From the NCBI GenBank assembly GCA_021647985.1, contig JAKITQ010000004.1, positions 24,975 to 88,974 on the forward strand: a stretch of DNA of 64,000 nucleotides, read 5' to 3'. The position numbers and the translations under genes are program-made. The notes under the pieces are model-generated. The model saw nothing but the letters and a program-made list of their open reading frames with translations. It searched no databases and was not told where the DNA came from. Every line of letters starts with the position of its first letter. Position 1 is the stretch's first letter. The DNA comes from Flavobacteriaceae bacterium. Its GTDB lineage: Bacteria; Bacteroidota; Bacteroidia; Flavobacteriales; Flavobacteriaceae. This document shows, piece by piece, positions 63,419 to 64,000 of the stretch.

Positions 63419-64000
63419 ATGCTTAAAGATAATTATTTGGAAAAACATTACGCTGCATCACCATTATTTACTGTTATTTTTATTGGTGCGATACTCCTAT
63501 TTTTTGGATGTATTAATTCTAAAAATCAAAATATTACTGCTTTTGGAGGGAAAATAAAAAACCCTCAAGGAGAATTTGTTTACATTTTAAAAGACAAAAA
63601 AGTTATTGACTCTGCAAAACTAAACGATCAAGATAGGTTTTCGTTTCAGTTAGATTCTATTAAAACTGGATTATACATATTTAAACATGGTGAGGAATTT
63701 CAATATTTATATTTGGAACCAAAAGACAGTTTACTTATTTATTTAAATACATGGGATTTTGATGAATCTCTTATTTTTAGTGGTAAAGGAAGTGCCAAGA
63801 ATAATTATTTGATCAATTTGTATTTGGATCAAGAAAAAAATGAAAAAAATTTCAAATACAATTATCGACTCAAAGAAAAAGAATTTACTGAACTTATAGA
63901 GAAGGGTATTCAAGAAAAATTAAACACTTATAACCGGTTAATTGAAAGTGAAGGAGAAGCTCCTTCTCCATTTTTTGAAAAACTTGCCAAAACGGGAATT
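63419..64000 (+). CDS. Lipoprotein, N-terminal part of a probable TlpA/thioredoxin-like Flavobacteriaceae protein (runs off the right edge; start uncertain)
   Basis: Manual translation ...ILLFFGCINSKNQNITAFGGKIKNP...LYIFKHGEEFQYLYLEPKDSLLIYLNTWDFDESLIFSGKGSAKNNYLI..., open to the window end. Confidence 0.7.
   Translation, partial: MLKDNYLEKHYAASPLFTVIFIGAILLFFGCINSKNQNITAFGGKIKNPQGEFVYILKDKKVIDSAKLNDQDRFSFQLDSIKTGLYIFKHGEEFQYLYLEPKDSLLIYLNTWDFDESLIFSGKGSAKNNYLINLYLDQEKNEKNFKYNYRLKEKEFTELIEKGIQEKLNTYNRLIESEGEAPSPFFEKLAKTGI

Noticed and set aside
63330-63557. 75-aa plus-strand ORF
   Set aside because: A different frame of the longer lipoprotein gene starting near 63419.

Overview
AT-rich bacterial DNA whose gene content and TAnnTTTG promoter motifs point to Bacteroidota, most likely Flavobacteriaceae. 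Left end (1-2.5 kb): a CusA/CzcA-type metal efflux gene and its Cys-rich partner. About 2.9-49.2 kb: a large, almost entirely minus-strand carbohydrate-catabolic region with no SusC/SusD pair. It holds (i) a LacI-controlled hexuronate operon (uxuBA, uxaCBA, kdgK, eda, TRAP) with an embedded tandem-DUF1080 + Tat-oxidoreductase pair, (ii) a membrane PHP/GH31/GDPD trio, (iii) a BT2156-2159-like oxidative glycoside-cleavage cluster, (iv) GH109, an esterase and a ceramidase-like protein, (v) two GH172 (DUF2961) genes flanking a sugar ABC transporter, (vi) an SSS/aldolase/AraC module, and (vii) a STEAP-like protein, an unknown membrane protein, a PHP hydrolase and a HAD. At least five broken gene fragments sit at junctions between modules. 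From 49.2 kb onward are core genes (menA, Fe-S oxidoreductase pair, mlaD, amidase, lptD-like, ridA, GlcNAc kinase-like, aroQ, xerD, ABC-F). No tRNA, rRNA, CRISPR array or intact mobile element was seen. All calls come from motif recognition by eye; no database search was run.
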